From positions 992,001 through 1,056,000 of the forward strand of contig NC_019977.1 in the NCBI RefSeq assembly GCF_000328665.1: a DNA stretch of 64,000 nucleotides, in the 5' to 3' direction. A model generated the notes under the pieces. That model did not search any database. It was not told where the DNA came from and was given only the letters and a program-made list of their open reading frames with translations. The stretch's first letter is position 1, and every line of letters starts with the position of its first letter. Below are positions 30,722 through 44,048 of this stretch, piece by piece. The DNA comes from Methanomethylovorans hollandica DSM 15978. Its GTDB lineage: Archaea > Halobacteriota > Methanosarcinia > Methanosarcinales > Methanosarcinaceae. Both the position numbers and the translations under genes were made by a program.

Positions 30722-31507
30722 ATGAAAACTTCCCTGATAGACACCATGCTCAACTCAGAAAAGAGAAAGAATTTGCTGCTTCTGCTTATGGAAGGAGAGA
30801 AAGGTCGGGACGAGATCAAAACATCTCTTAATGTGACTTCTACGGCTATCATCCCACAGATAAAGAAACTAAAAGAATGCGGTCTTGTTATTCAGGAGGA
30901 AGACCGGTATCGTCTTTCAAACATGGGTGAAGTACTGGTCGAGAACATGCTACCTTACCTCAATATTGTGGAGGTGTTCGAGGAGAACACGGAATACTGG
31001 CTGACCCATGACCTTACAGGTATACCATGGCCGTTATTAAAAAGACTAGGCGAACTTGGAAATTATCTTATCATTGAACCTGATCTTAATTATCTTTTTG
31101 AGTTCCCCAGGGAATTCAAGGAAAACATTTTAAAGTCGAATTATGTAAAGGTTTTTACTGCTTACTTTCATCCGGAATATCCTGCGATTTACTCAAAACT
31201 TGCCGAGCAGGATGTAAATGTTTCCCTTGTGCTTACACCTTCTGTTCTGGCAAGATTCCAGAAGGATTATGCTGAACAGATGGAAAAACTGGAGATTGCA
31301 GATAACACAGAGATTCTGATCACCAATGACATATGTGGGCTGGCTACCATTGTAACTACTGACAGGTTCCTATTTTTGTGTTTCTTCAATAAAAGTGGCC
31401 ACTATGACCACCGTATCATTATGAGCTTCGATCCGAAGGCCCTGCAATGGAGCCAGGAACTGTTCCTGCAGTATAGGGAAAACGCTGAAAGAGTGAAAAG
31501 GGATTAA
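30722..31507 (+). CDS. Winged-helix transcriptional regulator with C-terminal DUF1724-type domain (Methanosarcinales family)
   Basis: SEKRKNLLLLL, IIPQIKKL wHTH, YWLTHDLTGIP..LL.RLGEL, ALQW..ELF..Y. Confidence 0.85.
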   Translation: MKTSLIDTMLNSEKRKNLLLLLMEGEKGRDEIKTSLNVTSTAIIPQIKKLKECGLVIQEEDRYRLSNMGEVLVENMLPYLNIVEVFEENTEYWLTHDLTGIPWPLLKRLGELGNYLIIEPDLNYLFEFPREFKENILKSNYVKVFTAYFHPEYPAIYSKLAEQDVNVSLVLTPSVLARFQKDYAEQMEKLEIADNTEILITNDICGLATIVTTDRFLFLCFFNKSGHYDHRIIMSFDPKALQWSQELFLQYRENAERVKRD

Positions 31508-31793
31508 ATGTACTGAGTTCGATAAAGAGGGATTTCTTTACAGCAAACCTTTTTTACTGTTATAAATAGTACTTAATTATTTGAGTATGCTGAAATATTT
31601 TGATATACTGGCAATAATCAGATCACTCCATCTATCTAAGTATATAAACCTTTATGAATAATGAATGCTATATTCAGCAAAGCATTAATTTAAGAAAAAT
31701 GCATCAGTAGATAAAAAAACAGCAATTCTAACTTCATTTCTGGGCGGTCTTAGACCATGGGTTTTAAACACAATTCAGTTATTAATTCATTAA

Positions 31794-33716
<1,923 letters not shown>

Positions 33717-33726
33717 GGTGTAGCAC

Positions 33727-36222
33727 ATGGCAGATGATAATAAAGAAAATAATGGAATGGATGAGAATCCTCTGGGTATCCAGCCTACAGACACAGGTGA
33801 GAAGATAGTTCCTGTCCTCATAGAGGAAGAAATGAAGAACTCCTACATCGATTATGCCATGAGCGTGATCGTGGGGCGTGCCCTGCCTGATGCAAGGGAT
33901 GGTTTGAAACCTGTCCACAGAAGGATACTGTATGCCATGTACGAAGCCGGCATCACCCACGACAAGCCCTATAAGAAGTCTGCCCGTGTAGTGGGAGACG
34001 TGCTGGGTAAATATCACCCACATGGTGATTCTGCGGTGTATGAAAGTATTGTAAGGATGGTGCAGGAGTTCTCCCTGCGTTATCCTTTGATAGATGGCCA
34101 GGGTAACTTTGGTTCTATTGATGGCGATTCTGCAGCTGCCATGCGTTACACCGAAGCACGCATGAGCAAGATTTCTGATGAAATGCTCCAGGACCTGGAT
34201 AAAGGAACGGTCCTGATGAACCCTAACTATGATGGTTCTATGGAAGAACCTTCCGTGCTGCCGGCAAAGCTTCCGAACCTGCTGATCAATGGATCCACAG
34301 GTATTGCAGTAGGCATGGCCACCAACATGGCGCCTCATAATTTAGGAGAGGTTGTGGATGCAACCCTTATGCTTATAGAAAATCCTTCTTCCACCATACA
34401 TGACCTTATGACTGTTGTCAGGGGGCCGGATTTTCCTACAGGTGGAACTATTCTGGGCATGCATGGCATACGGGAAGCCTATGAGACTGGCAGAGGTAGG
34501 ATACAGCTGCGGGCTGTGGCTGCCATAGAAGAGATAAGAAAGGACAAGAACGCTATTATTGTAACCGAGATACCTTATCAGGTAAACAAATCTAAGCTCA
34601 TCGAGGATATTGCGTTACTTGTCAGGGAGAAGAAGATCGTAGGTATCTCTGATCTGAGAGATGAGTCAGACCGTGACGGTATCCGGGTAGTTATAGAGAT
34701 TAGCAGAAACGCTGATCCGAACGTGGTACTCAACCAGTTGTATAAACATACCCAGATGCAGACGACCTTTGGCATCATCAACCTGGCATTGGTGGACAAT
34801 GTGCCACTGGAACTTAACCTGAAACGTATCTTACAGATCTACTTGGAACACAGGATAGATATCATCCAGAAACGTACCCAGTTCCAGTTAAGAAAAACTG
34901 AGGAACGTGCCCATATACTCCGGGGCCTGAAGATAGCCCTTGACCAACTGGATGCTGTGATATCTCTCATACGTGCTTCGGCTACGGTGGAGGAAGCACG
35001 ATCTGGACTGGTAGCTAACTTCGGGCTGGATGAGATCCAGGCAAAGTCTATCCTCGACATGCGCCTGCAGAAACTCACTGGCCTTGAAAGGCAGAAAGTG
35101 GAAGATGAGTACGAAGAGCTCATGAGGCTCATTGCAGAATACCTGTCCATCATTGGAAGCGACGAGAAGAAATATGAGATGATCAAAGCAGAACTTATTG
35201 AGCTTAAGCAAAAATATAACAATGAGCGCAGAACGCAGATCAAGGCTTCACATGTCGAGCTTGATCTTGAAGATCTCATACCGCAGGAAGATGTGATAGT
35301 CACCATTACTAACAGCGGGTACGTTAAAAGACTGCCTGTAAGCACATATTCCCAACAGCACAGGGGAGGTAAAGGCGTTATTGGTATGGAAACCAAGGAA
35401 GAGGATTTCGTGGAGAACATCTTCGTTGCTTCCAGTCATGACTATATCATGTTCTTTACCAATAAGGGAAGACTATACTGGAAAAAGGTCTATGAGATCC
35501 CTGAGGGAAGCAGGCAGTCCAAAGGTAAAGCCATAGTCAATCTGCTGGAGCTGGGAGAAGGAGAATATGTTACTGCTATGATACCCGTAAAGGAATTCAC
35601 AGATGATCAGTACCTCTTTATGGCTACACGCTCAGGAACTGTTAAAAAGACATCTCTTTCGGATTTCAGCAATCCACGCAAAGGCGGCATCATAGCGGTC
35701 ACTCTGCTGGAAGATGATGAGCTTGTGAACGTGGCCCTGACCGACGGATCAAAAGATGTGGTATTGGTATCAAGACACGGCAAAGCCATCCGATTCTCAG
35801 AGAACGATGTCCGATCCATGGGCAGGAGTGCACAGGGTGTGCGTGGCATCAAACTCGAGCAGAGCGACAAAGTAGTAAGCCTGGATGTGGTGGATGAACA
35901 CTCTACCTTATTAAGTATTACTGAAAATGGGTTCGGTAAACGTACCGAGTTTGGAGAATACCGCACAATGCGCCGTGGAGGCATGGGTGTCATTACCATA
36001 GTGACAAGTCTGCGTAACGGGCCTGTGGTCAATGTTAAAGCTGTACGTGAGGAAGATGAGGTGATGATCACCAGTTCCGAAGGCATAGTTATCCGTATAC
36101 CTGTCACAGATATCAGAATACAGGGCAGGAACACCCAGGGTGTTAAGATAATGGATGTACGCCAGGGAGATAAGGTGGTAGGTGTGGCCCGCATAGAGCC
36201 TGAGAACGGAGAAGAGAAGTAA
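33727..36222 (+). CDS. gyrA: DNA gyrase subunit A
   Basis: [14 protein letters not shown] catalytic Tyr, GyrA-box QHRGGKG, beta-pinwheel repeats. Confidence 0.98.
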   Translation: MADDNKENNGMDENPLGIQPTDTGEKIVPVLIEEEMKNSYIDYAMSVIVGRALPDARDGLKPVHRRILYAMYEAGITHDKPYKKSARVVGDVLGKYHPHGDSAVYESIVRMVQEFSLRYPLIDGQGNFGSIDGDSAAAMRYTEARMSKISDEMLQDLDKGTVLMNPNYDGSMEEPSVLPAKLPNLLINGSTGIAVGMATNMAPHNLGEVVDATLMLIENPSSTIHDLMTVVRGPDFPTGGTILGMHGIREAYETGRGRIQLRAVAAIEEIRKDKNAIIVTEIPYQVNKSKLIEDIALLVREKKIVGISDLRDESDRDGIRVVIEISRNADPNVVLNQLYKHTQMQTTFGIINLALVDNVPLELNLKRILQIYLEHRIDIIQKRTQFQLRKTEERAHILRGLKIALDQLDAVISLIRASATVEEARSGLVANFGLDEIQAKSILDMRLQKLTGLERQKVEDEYEELMRLIAEYLSIIGSDEKKYEMIKAELIELKQKYNNERRTQIKASHVELDLEDLIPQEDVIVTITNSGYVKRLPVSTYSQQHRGGKGVIGMETKEEDFVENIFVASSHDYIMFFTNKGRLYWKKVYEIPEGSRQSKGKAIVNLLELGEGEYVTAMIPVKEFTDDQYLFMATRSGTVKKTSLSDFSNPRKGGIIAVTLLEDDELVNVALTDGSKDVVLVSRHGKAIRFSENDVRSMGRSAQGVRGIKLEQSDKVVSLDVVDEHSTLLSITENGFGKRTEFGEYRTMRRGGMGVITIVTSLRNGPVVNVKAVREEDEVMITSSEGIVIRIPVTDIRIQGRNTQGVKIMDVRQGDKVVGVARIEPENGEEK

Positions 36223-36308
36223 TGCTTATAAGCATTACTTCCAATTAGGAACATTTATTTATACGTGAGCGCGTAGGATGTCCAAGATAGAATTATAGGA
36301 TGAGAATT

Positions 36309-37205
36309 ATGGAACTTGAGAAACTGAGACATGGTACTGAACTGATCAAGCGTGGTTTTGCCAGCATGCAGAAAGGAGGTGTCATTATGGATGTGACAAA
36401 TCCCGAACAGGCAAAGATAGCAGAGGATGCCGGAGCAGTTGCGGTGATGGCTCTGCAGGCCGTGCCGGCCGACATCAGGAAAGCCGGGGGTGTTGCAAGG
36501 ATGGCAGATCCTCAGATAATAACGGAGATCATCGAATGTGTAACCATCCCTGTCATGGCAAAAGCACGTATCGGACACTTTGTAGAAGCTGAGATTCTGC
36601 AGGCTCTGGGAGTTGATATGGTGGACGAGTCTGAGGTGCTTACACCAGCAGATGAAAAATTCCATATAGATAAGACCCAGTTCACCGTTCCTTTCGTGTG
36701 CGGAGCCCGTAACCTTGGAGAAGCATTGCGCAGGATCAATGAAGGTGCTGCAATGATACGCACCAAAGGCGAAGCCGGCACGGGAGATGTAAGGGAAGCT
36801 GTGCGTCACATGAAACAGATCACAGGAGAGGTCAGAGCCCTTGCAGGCAGGAATAAGGAAGAATTGATGTCCACAGCCCGCGATATCGAGGCTCCTATTG
36901 AGCTTGTTATTGAAACTGCACAGCTGCAGAGGTTACCTGTGGTGAACTTTGCAGCAGGCGGCGTGGCAACACCGGCAGATGCAGCCCTTATGATGAGATT
37001 AGGTGCTGACGGTGTGTTCGTAGGTTCTGGAATCTTCAAGGCAGAGAAACCTGAGCTTATGGCATCGGCCATAGTGGAAGCCGTCAATAACTATGATAAG
37101 CCTCAGGTGCTTGCAGAGATATCAAAAGGCATTGGTGCTGGCATGAAAGGCATAAGCACGGATACAATCCCTCCTGAGCAGGCTTTACAGACCAGAGGAT
37201 GGTAA
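36309..37205 (+). CDS. pdxS: Pyridoxal 5'-phosphate synthase lyase subunit
   Basis: [37 protein letters not shown]. Confidence 0.97.
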   Translation: MELEKLRHGTELIKRGFASMQKGGVIMDVTNPEQAKIAEDAGAVAVMALQAVPADIRKAGGVARMADPQIITEIIECVTIPVMAKARIGHFVEAEILQALGVDMVDESEVLTPADEKFHIDKTQFTVPFVCGARNLGEALRRINEGAAMIRTKGEAGTGDVREAVRHMKQITGEVRALAGRNKEELMSTARDIEAPIELVIETAQLQRLPVVNFAAGGVATPADAALMMRLGADGVFVGSGIFKAEKPELMASAIVEAVNNYDKPQVLAEISKGIGAGMKGISTDTIPPEQALQTRGW

Positions 37206-37232
37206 ATCCTCTTCTTTTTCAGGGTGTAGGCA

Positions 37233-37838
37233 TTGCGTATAGGTGTTATAGCGATACAAGGTAACGTTGCTGAGCATGTTGAGGCTCTTGAGCGTGCCAT
37301 CTCCGAAAGAGGGGAAGAGGCGGAGATCATCACTATAAAGCATAAAGGTCTGGTACCCACATGTGATGCTCTCGTACTGCCCGGCGGAGAGAGTACCACG
37401 CTTGGCAGGCTATTGCTAAGAGAGGGTATTGCCGATGAAATAAAGGCAATGCATGCAGCCGGTATGCCTATTCTGGGTACATGTGCAGGTCTCATTTTGC
37501 TTGCAAAGAAAGGCGATGAGCAAGTGAGAAAGACTCATCAGCATCTGCTTGGACTGATGGACACACAGGTCAACAGGAATGCATTCGGAAGACAGCGTGA
37601 ATCCTTTGAGACACATCTTGACCTGGCTTTCCTTGAATCTCCCTTTAATGCTGTTTTTATAAGAGCCCCTGCTATCACACATGTCGGAAAGGATGTAAAG
37701 GTGCTCGCAACCGTTGATAACATGATAGTGGCTGCAGAACAGGGAAACCTGTTCGCTCTGGCATTCCACCCGGAGCTTACCTCGGATAGCCGGGTACATC
37801 AGTATTTCCTTGATAAGGTATTTACCAGTCGCATGTAA
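37233..37838 (+). CDS. pdxT: PLP synthase glutaminase subunit
   Basis: PGGEST, GTCAG, FIRAP, FHPE. Confidence 0.96.
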   Translation: MRIGVIAIQGNVAEHVEALERAISERGEEAEIITIKHKGLVPTCDALVLPGGESTTLGRLLLREGIADEIKAMHAAGMPILGTCAGLILLAKKGDEQVRKTHQHLLGLMDTQVNRNAFGRQRESFETHLDLAFLESPFNAVFIRAPAITHVGKDVKVLATVDNMIVAAEQGNLFALAFHPELTSDSRVHQYFLDKVFTSRM

Positions 37839-37902
37839 TAAGCAGAAGGGTCATCTTTTATACTATGTTATCTGATAACCTTGATACCAATCAGGTGATA
37901 CT

Positions 37903-38310
37903 ATGGTAAAACTCAATTCAGAGATGAAAAATGCATTTTCCAAAATGAGGATATTCCCGCTGGCAACGGCTTCAAAGGACGGCGTTCCGAACGTCATACC
38001 CATCGGCTTCTGTAAATTGCAGGAAGACGATGAAACTGTCTGGATAGCAGACAACTTTTTCCTGAAAACCCTTGAAAACCTTAAGGAAAACCCCAGGGTG
38101 GCCCTGTATGTATGGGGACCTGAGACCCAGGGCTGTTTCCAGATCAAAGGACCCATAGAGATAAAAACAAGTGGCGAGGATTACGAAAAAATGTACAAGA
38201 TGGTCAAGTCCATGGGTGACAGGTTCCCCGCCAGAAGCCTTGTGATCATGAAGATCACTGAAGTTTATGAGTGCGTATCCGGACCAGATGCAGGTAAAAA
38301 ACTGCTCTGA
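37903..38310 (+). CDS. Pyridoxamine 5'-phosphate oxidase-like flavin-binding split-barrel protein
   Basis: LATASKDGVPNV, DNFF.KT..NL.ENP.V, FQIKG. Confidence 0.85.
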   Translation: MVKLNSEMKNAFSKMRIFPLATASKDGVPNVIPIGFCKLQEDDETVWIADNFFLKTLENLKENPRVALYVWGPETQGCFQIKGPIEIKTSGEDYEKMYKMVKSMGDRFPARSLVIMKITEVYECVSGPDAGKKLL

Positions 38311-38315
38311 CAATT

Positions 38316-39128
38316 TTATTCCTTTTTTGGTTCAAATTCTGGAACATCCGAGACTTCCCATTCTGCTTCAAGCAAATGTTTCACAAAGGACACGAACTCC
38401 TTTCCACTTGACCAGATAGCTGTGAGCTCTTCTCTTTGACCCGAGTATTTTCGAAGATCTATCAGTACCTCTGAACCATCTATCAAAATAGCTCCACCTT
38501 TCCTTAATTGATCATTTTTCACGGAATGCAGCCTGAGTTCTGCACCGGGGATGAGTTCTGCTATATTGTTCAATTCCTTCATTGAATAAATGATCATGCG
38601 TACTTGTACACCTTCACCAATTTTGCGATTCAATTCCTTAACAAGTTGATCATAATGTTTTTCTACCACAGGATACACGCGCTCAAGATTCCTGAAAGTA
38701 GGATGAGGTGCTTCTATTATGATCTCTGATCCTGCACTGCAAACAACCTGAATCATTCTATAGCTAATGTTCTTAAGGCCATTTATGGTCCAGACGATCT
38801 CTTTCTGATGGATATTTTCTTCACTTGAGTATATATTATTGAGTTTTTCGAGAGCTAACTCTGTTTCCTGCTCGAAATCCTTTTTAATTCTCTCAATGGC
38901 TTCTTCAGGGGAAATACATTTGTAGCGCATGGGTTTTGTATGCTGCACTTCAATGATCCCACGTTGAGCAAGCTTTTTTAATACTCCATATACAGCAGAT
39001 CTTGGTATACCTGAGAACAGATGAATATCGGTGGCTGTGCCACTGCCATGTCTGGCAAGAGCTATGAATACCTTTGCTTCGTATTCAGTGAGCCCTAAGT
39101 TCCTAAGTGAGTCTATAAGTGAACGCAT
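38316..39128 (-). CDS. TrmB-family transcriptional regulator
   Basis: LGLTEYEAKVF, SGIPRSAVY.VL..L. Confidence 0.9.
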   Translation of the reverse strand: MRSLIDSLRNLGLTEYEAKVFIALARHGSGTATDIHLFSGIPRSAVYGVLKKLAQRGIIEVQHTKPMRYKCISPEEAIERIKKDFEQETELALEKLNNIYSSEENIHQKEIVWTINGLKNISYRMIQVVCSAGSEIIIEAPHPTFRNLERVYPVVEKHYDQLVKELNRKIGEGVQVRMIIYSMKELNNIAELIPGAELRLHSVKNDQLRKGGAILIDGSEVLIDLRKYSGQREELTAIWSSGKEFVSFVKHLLEAEWEVSDVPEFEPKKE

Positions 39129-39167
39129 GAACCTGTATCCGTATATGAATAGCCGGAAAGAGGGATC

Positions 39168-40253
39168 TCATTTTTTATCCGTCTTTACTTCTTTCTGTTT
39201 TCTGTAGATGAAGAAAACGCCTACTGCAATGATCACTATAGCAATTACCACGAAAAGTCCCGTGTAATTTGACAGCGATTCACCAAAAGATCTCGCAGGC
39301 TGTGCTTCAGTTTTTATCTTTATGGTATCCGATATATGGCTGTGCCCATCCTCATCTTCATATTTTATCTCACTGTTGATGGAATAAGCTTTGGCAACTG
39401 CCATTTCATCAACCTTCAGCTTAAATAACGCTTCTGCAGTCTCTCCGGGTGCCAGTGTACCCAGGAAGGCCTGGTCATCTGTGGTACTGAACGGATCGTC
39501 CACACTGATCCTGACCGTGGCATCTTTTGCTGTCATCTCGCCTGTGTTCTTGTAAGTAACACGCAGCATGCCATCGGCATCTGCATATAGTGTACCTGTG
39601 ACGTTGACCACTTCGAAATAAGCCTCATTACCCACCTTTATGTCTATCGTCTGGTTCTGCTGACCCACCGAATACCAGAGTCCTACTTCCATATTGGTGA
39701 TACCCAGATCTGTTTCATCATCACCGCTGATCTGCACGTCCTGCTGATACCCATAGTACAGCTGCAGTTCCAAGGGATAAACACCAGCTGGAGCATTCTT
39801 GGAGATCTCAATGTTGAACTCGACAGGATTTTCGGTTTGTTCTCCCGAGGGAAGAGAACCTGCTTCCTGGGGTCCGGATTTCACCTTTATGTAGGGATTA
39901 TCGGAGGTAAGGACAGATACTATTCCGATAGCAGTTGTCCGCTGAGCTTCATAGTTCATCTCTGTCATCTGTATCTTATGTTCCAGATCGTCAAGGCTCT
40001 TCCTGCGAACTCCATCCTCAAACCCTGTGATCACACCTTTGTTCATAAGATTGAGATCTATTGTCACTGTGTCCCCCCGGTAATACTCATTGTCACCTAC
40101 CAGGGTAGCAGTTACGTTTGGTCCTCCGTAGACTACATAGTAATTATCGTCGAAGTTGAAGAATTCCGGTAATTGTGCATATGCAGGTGTTGTAATACAA
40201 ACTACCAGAAATAGAAATGCTATGGCATTGATCACATTTTTCAGGCTGTTCAT
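39168..40253 (-). CDS. COG1361 S-layer-family membrane-anchored protein
   Basis: Signal peptide, Ig-like repeats (NTGEMTA, LGTLAPGET, SEIKY.D), C-terminal TM with basic tail. Confidence 0.8.
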   Translation of the reverse strand: MNSLKNVINAIAFLFLVVCITTPAYAQLPEFFNFDDNYYVVYGGPNVTATLVGDNEYYRGDTVTIDLNLMNKGVITGFEDGVRRKSLDDLEHKIQMTEMNYEAQRTTAIGIVSVLTSDNPYIKVKSGPQEAGSLPSGEQTENPVEFNIEISKNAPAGVYPLELQLYYGYQQDVQISGDDETDLGITNMEVGLWYSVGQQNQTIDIKVGNEAYFEVVNVTGTLYADADGMLRVTYKNTGEMTAKDATVRISVDDPFSTTDDQAFLGTLAPGETAEALFKLKVDEMAVAKAYSINSEIKYEDEDGHSHISDTIKIKTEAQPARSFGESLSNYTGLFVVIAIVIIAVGVFFIYRKQKEVKTDKK

Positions 40254-41365
40254 TCTATCCCTCTGTTCTTTTGGTTCATGCTCCTTAATACATTCTTAAA
40301 TATCAGCACTATCAATGTAATGGCTATCCCGGCAATTGCAATGCCGGTTATGTTCAATTTGTCTTCAGCAGGTGCTACTGTTACATTTACTTTCATATTG
40401 CTCGAATATGCGATCTCATCATCTGTATCGATATATTTGACCTCACTGTCCAATCCATATGTTTTTATCACGGCTGCACGCTGCGCAGAGATATCAAAAG
40501 ATGCTGTTTTACTGAGACCCGGGGCAATGGTGCCAAGGGGTTGCATGGATCTGTCACAAGAGAAAGGTTTTATGGCAACTATCCTGGCAACAGCATCTGT
40601 AGCGGGAAGCTCCCCGGTATTCGTGTAGGTGACATTAATAGCACTGGTACCACCTGCTATGATCTGCCCGGAAACCTCAGTGACAGCTAACATGGGTTGT
40701 GGTCCTATGACAATAGGGATCGTAAGGGTCTTGTTGGCAGTCTGATAAAAGGCTGCATGATCCTTGTCAGGTAGACCCACGGCAGTTGTAATGCCCGCAG
40801 TCATTCGTATGTCTTTTTTGTACTCATATATTAGAGGTAGATCCAGCATATACACACCAGCAGGTGCGTTTTTTGAAACTTTCAGCGTAAATACGAGGGG
40901 GTCATCGGGCAATTGTCCCGGAAATACCTCTTCAAGGGTCTGACTGCTCGTAGTCGGGTCAACGTCTATATATTCGGAATTGCTCACCAGTGTAGCTTTC
41001 ACCCCATAGGCAACAGTGCGAAGAGATTCATATTCGAGTTCCTTGATAGCAAGAGCCTGTTTAGTCTCAGAAGTACCTACACCCTGTGCACTCTTTGCAC
41101 CGTATAGTACTCCTCTGTTGGAAATTACAATCCTTATATCTCTTGTTTCCCCTCTTTCCAGTTCCGTATCCCCAAGCACCGAAGCATAAAGATCCGGTTC
41201 TCCGTATCCGGTGTAAAAATTGATCGTGTGCTCGGATGCAGCCGGCAGGAATTCCTTTGCAGAAGCGGGGTGCATATCTATGATTGGGAACATTCCAAGC
41301 ACAAACATAACTGCCAGAATGAGAGTCAAATGTGTGAAAATCTTTATTCTTAATGTGCTTTTCAT
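40250..41365 (-). CDS. COG1361 S-layer-family membrane-anchored protein (paralog of neighbour)
   Basis: Signal peptide, ISKNAPAGVY-like block shared with neighbour, C-terminal TM; ATGA overlaps on both sides. Confidence 0.8.
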   Translation of the reverse strand: MKSTLRIKIFTHLTLILAVMFVLGMFPIIDMHPASAKEFLPAASEHTINFYTGYGEPDLYASVLGDTELERGETRDIRIVISNRGVLYGAKSAQGVGTSETKQALAIKELEYESLRTVAYGVKATLVSNSEYIDVDPTTSSQTLEEVFPGQLPDDPLVFTLKVSKNAPAGVYMLDLPLIYEYKKDIRMTAGITTAVGLPDKDHAAFYQTANKTLTIPIVIGPQPMLAVTEVSGQIIAGGTSAINVTYTNTGELPATDAVARIVAIKPFSCDRSMQPLGTIAPGLSKTASFDISAQRAAVIKTYGLDSEVKYIDTDDEIAYSSNMKVNVTVAPAEDKLNITGIAIAGIAITLIVLIFKNVLRSMNQKNRGIE

Positions 41366-43698
41366 GTGGAGCTAACCTCCATTACCCTGGAATGGTTATC
41401 ATTCATGCTTTTCATTTTTTTCTTCAATATCCTCTCTTCTCTGTGCTTGTCCAGCAGGACCAGAACAGGCGGGAACACAACGAATGTAGCGAACAGCGCT
41501 AACGTTACATCGATGACAGTAATGTAACCAAAATTGCTGGTCATACTAAAAGGGGAAGCTATCAATGCTGCAAAACCAAAGACTGTGGTAAGCCCTGAAC
41601 TTACGATGGCTTTGCCCATCTTTACACTTGCTTCGTGCATTGCTTCTTCGGGAGAGGCACCTTTGTCCTTCTCTTCAAAATATCTCTCCATCATAAGGAT
41701 AGCATATTCCGAACCTACTCCAAGGATAAGTGCACCAAGGGTTGCTGTCATGGGAGTGTACTCAAGACCAGTGTAGTACATGATGCCACCGGACCAACCT
41801 ACAACTATTAACATCGTAATGACCGGAGTGAAAGCTTTCAGATAATCTCTGTAGATGGCCAGCAGTCCTATGAATACAAAAACTATTCCCAGCATTGTCA
41901 TCAGCATGCGTCCTGAGGTGAGTGCACCTATCACCTCAAAGAATACCACAGAGCCTCCGGTGATAGTAACAGTGTCCCCCGGAGGTGGTGCTAACCATTT
42001 AAGGTCCTCTTTGACGGTATTTGAAAGATCTGCTATGCCTTCAAGTCCCAAATCATTCATGGCATTGCCAATGTTCAGATTGAGCACCATTATATTTCCA
42101 TCATGGATGTACTGTTGTTTCTGGATATCTGGCATCTGTGCATAGATATGTTTCACTTCTTCGGCAGTGCCCGGGATCTCGCCTCCGTTCATTTCCTTTA
42201 CGATGGACACTATACTGCTGGATCCATAGATGTGGGATCTGCCTTCAACTTCATGCTTTGAAAAATCGTCCACCCATTGCAGAAGAGCCGGATCTGCATT
42301 GTTGTCAGTTTTGATTATCAGATTGAGTTCTTCACTGCCACCCAGGATACTACCCAAAAGTTTCAGATCCAGTAAAGCTGGCATATCCTGAGGAACGAAT
42401 GTCTGCACATCTGTTTGCAGGGGCACCATGGTATCTACATACATGCCTCCCAGGCAGGTCAAACTTGCAACTATCAGAATGAGCCAGGGATACTTCAATG
42501 TGAAAGCGGTGATCCTTCCAAGTATACGATCAAGCATATCAGGCTGTGTGGTGCTGACACTATGATAGTTCTTTCTGGAGTTATTAGCATTCTTCAATTT
42601 TTTCTTGGTGTCTGCACGGTGCAGGTAATAGATCACTGTCACTCCCACAAAAAGAGATGACATAAAACACATCACTATACCGATGAGCAAAAGTTTTCCA
42701 AAATCCTGTATCATTGGCACCGGAGATGTAAAAAGGGACACGAATCCCAGTGCTGTTATTATCAAAGCTATCAGCACTGCAGGACCAATATGTTTGATGG
42801 TTTCCACCACGGCCTCTGCAGCATCTTCACCTTTACCAAGTTCTTCCTCTATGCGGTTATGGAACTGGATGGCATAATCTATCCCAAGGCCGATTAGCAC
42901 AGGGAAAGCTGCCATGGACACCATCGTCATGGGAATCTCTAAAAATCCCATTGCACCAAAGGTGAATATAATGCCTAGCAGCACAATAGGTAACGGAAGT
43001 AATCGCCATCTGACATGTCCAAATACCATGTACAGCACTACCATCATCAGTATGGCTGATATGCCAAGCAGAGGACCCATACTTGAATTCATCTCATCGT
43101 TGAGCGCAATGTTGAAAGCAGGATCCCCGGTGATTATTATACTATAATCCGGGGGAAACTCAGCAAATGCAACAGATGCTTCAGTTTCCTTTAAAATTTC
43201 TTGCTGCGTCTGGTCTGTTGCACTACCTTCTATTACCACTGACATGAATGCATGAGTATTATCCGGCATGAGGGCTGACGGCATATATGAAGCTACGATG
43301 TCCTTTATTATCGTTTCATCATCCGGTATTTCGGAATTTCCGGTCATTTTAGAGTTGGCTTCTTTTATTACTGTGGAAGGAGAAATTACTTCAATAACAC
43401 CCGGTATGCCCTGAGCTGACATGTGGGATCTGTCAAGGGCTTTCAGTAGATCCGGATTTGTGATGTCTTTACCCTCGACCATTACAACTATGGACTGGGT
43501 ACTGAAGAGCTTCAGGTACAAATGGTCGAAGTCCTGATATAGCTTTGAGGTCTTTTCCACGAAAGTATCGGTTCCTGAACTCATTTCAATGAGCTGGGCA
43601 CCCTGCAGGGAGAGAACAACTAAAAGCAGTGCAATAAGTAAAATAGCCACAGAGTTGTCCTCAATAATAATCCCAAGTTTTTCAAATATGTCTTTTAT
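41362..43698 (-). CDS. RND-superfamily HAE3/MMPL transporter (start probably ATA 43698; first conventional start GTG 43650)
   Basis: Two repeated halves, GLGIDYAI and GVGSEYAI TM motifs; frame is open to a GAGGTG RBS at 43709-43704. Confidence 0.85.
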   Translation of the reverse strand: MKDIFEKLGIIIEDNSVAILLIALLLVVLSLQGAQLIEMSSGTDTFVEKTSKLYQDFDHLYLKLFSTQSIVVMVEGKDITNPDLLKALDRSHMSAQGIPGVIEVISPSTVIKEANSKMTGNSEIPDDETIIKDIVASYMPSALMPDNTHAFMSVVIEGSATDQTQQEILKETEASVAFAEFPPDYSIIITGDPAFNIALNDEMNSSMGPLLGISAILMMVVLYMVFGHVRWRLLPLPIVLLGIIFTFGAMGFLEIPMTMVSMAAFPVLIGLGIDYAIQFHNRIEEELGKGEDAAEAVVETIKHIGPAVLIALIITALGFVSLFTSPVPMIQDFGKLLLIGIVMCFMSSLFVGVTVIYYLHRADTKKKLKNANNSRKNYHSVSTTQPDMLDRILGRITAFTLKYPWLILIVASLTCLGGMYVDTMVPLQTDVQTFVPQDMPALLDLKLLGSILGGSEELNLIIKTDNNADPALLQWVDDFSKHEVEGRSHIYGSSSIVSIVKEMNGGEIPGTAEEVKHIYAQMPDIQKQQYIHDGNIMVLNLNIGNAMNDLGLEGIADLSNTVKEDLKWLAPPPGDTVTITGGSVVFFEVIGALTSGRMLMTMLGIVFVFIGLLAIYRDYLKAFTPVITMLIVVGWSGGIMYYTGLEYTPMTATLGALILGVGSEYAILMMERYFEEKDKGASPEEAMHEASVKMGKAIVSSGLTTVFGFAALIASPFSMTSNFGYITVIDVTLALFATFVVFPPVLVLLDKHREERILKKKMKSMNDNHSRVMEVSST

Positions 43699-44048
43699 AA
43701 TGACACCTCTAAACTGTTGCAGCTTTCTGTCCGAATATGGGCGTATATATGTGACTGATATTTATAGTTTTTTAAAAATTACAATTTTGTTGTTATTTTA
43801 ATAACAACCAATTATCATGACAAATTGTTACGCATAATTCTCTGTACATCTGCATCTTTTTGATCTTCAAATTATATTTTACAGTATTCAGCTACACTGC
43901 GCAGTTAGTCGAGGTACTCGTTGGCCTTGCCAGAAATATGCAAAGCTCATTAGATATAAGAGGACTCTACTATCTACTAATTCTAATTATAATGAGGTGC
44001 TTGTCTTTCCGGATCTTTTTTAGACGAGCTATTAAACCACTTTTACTT

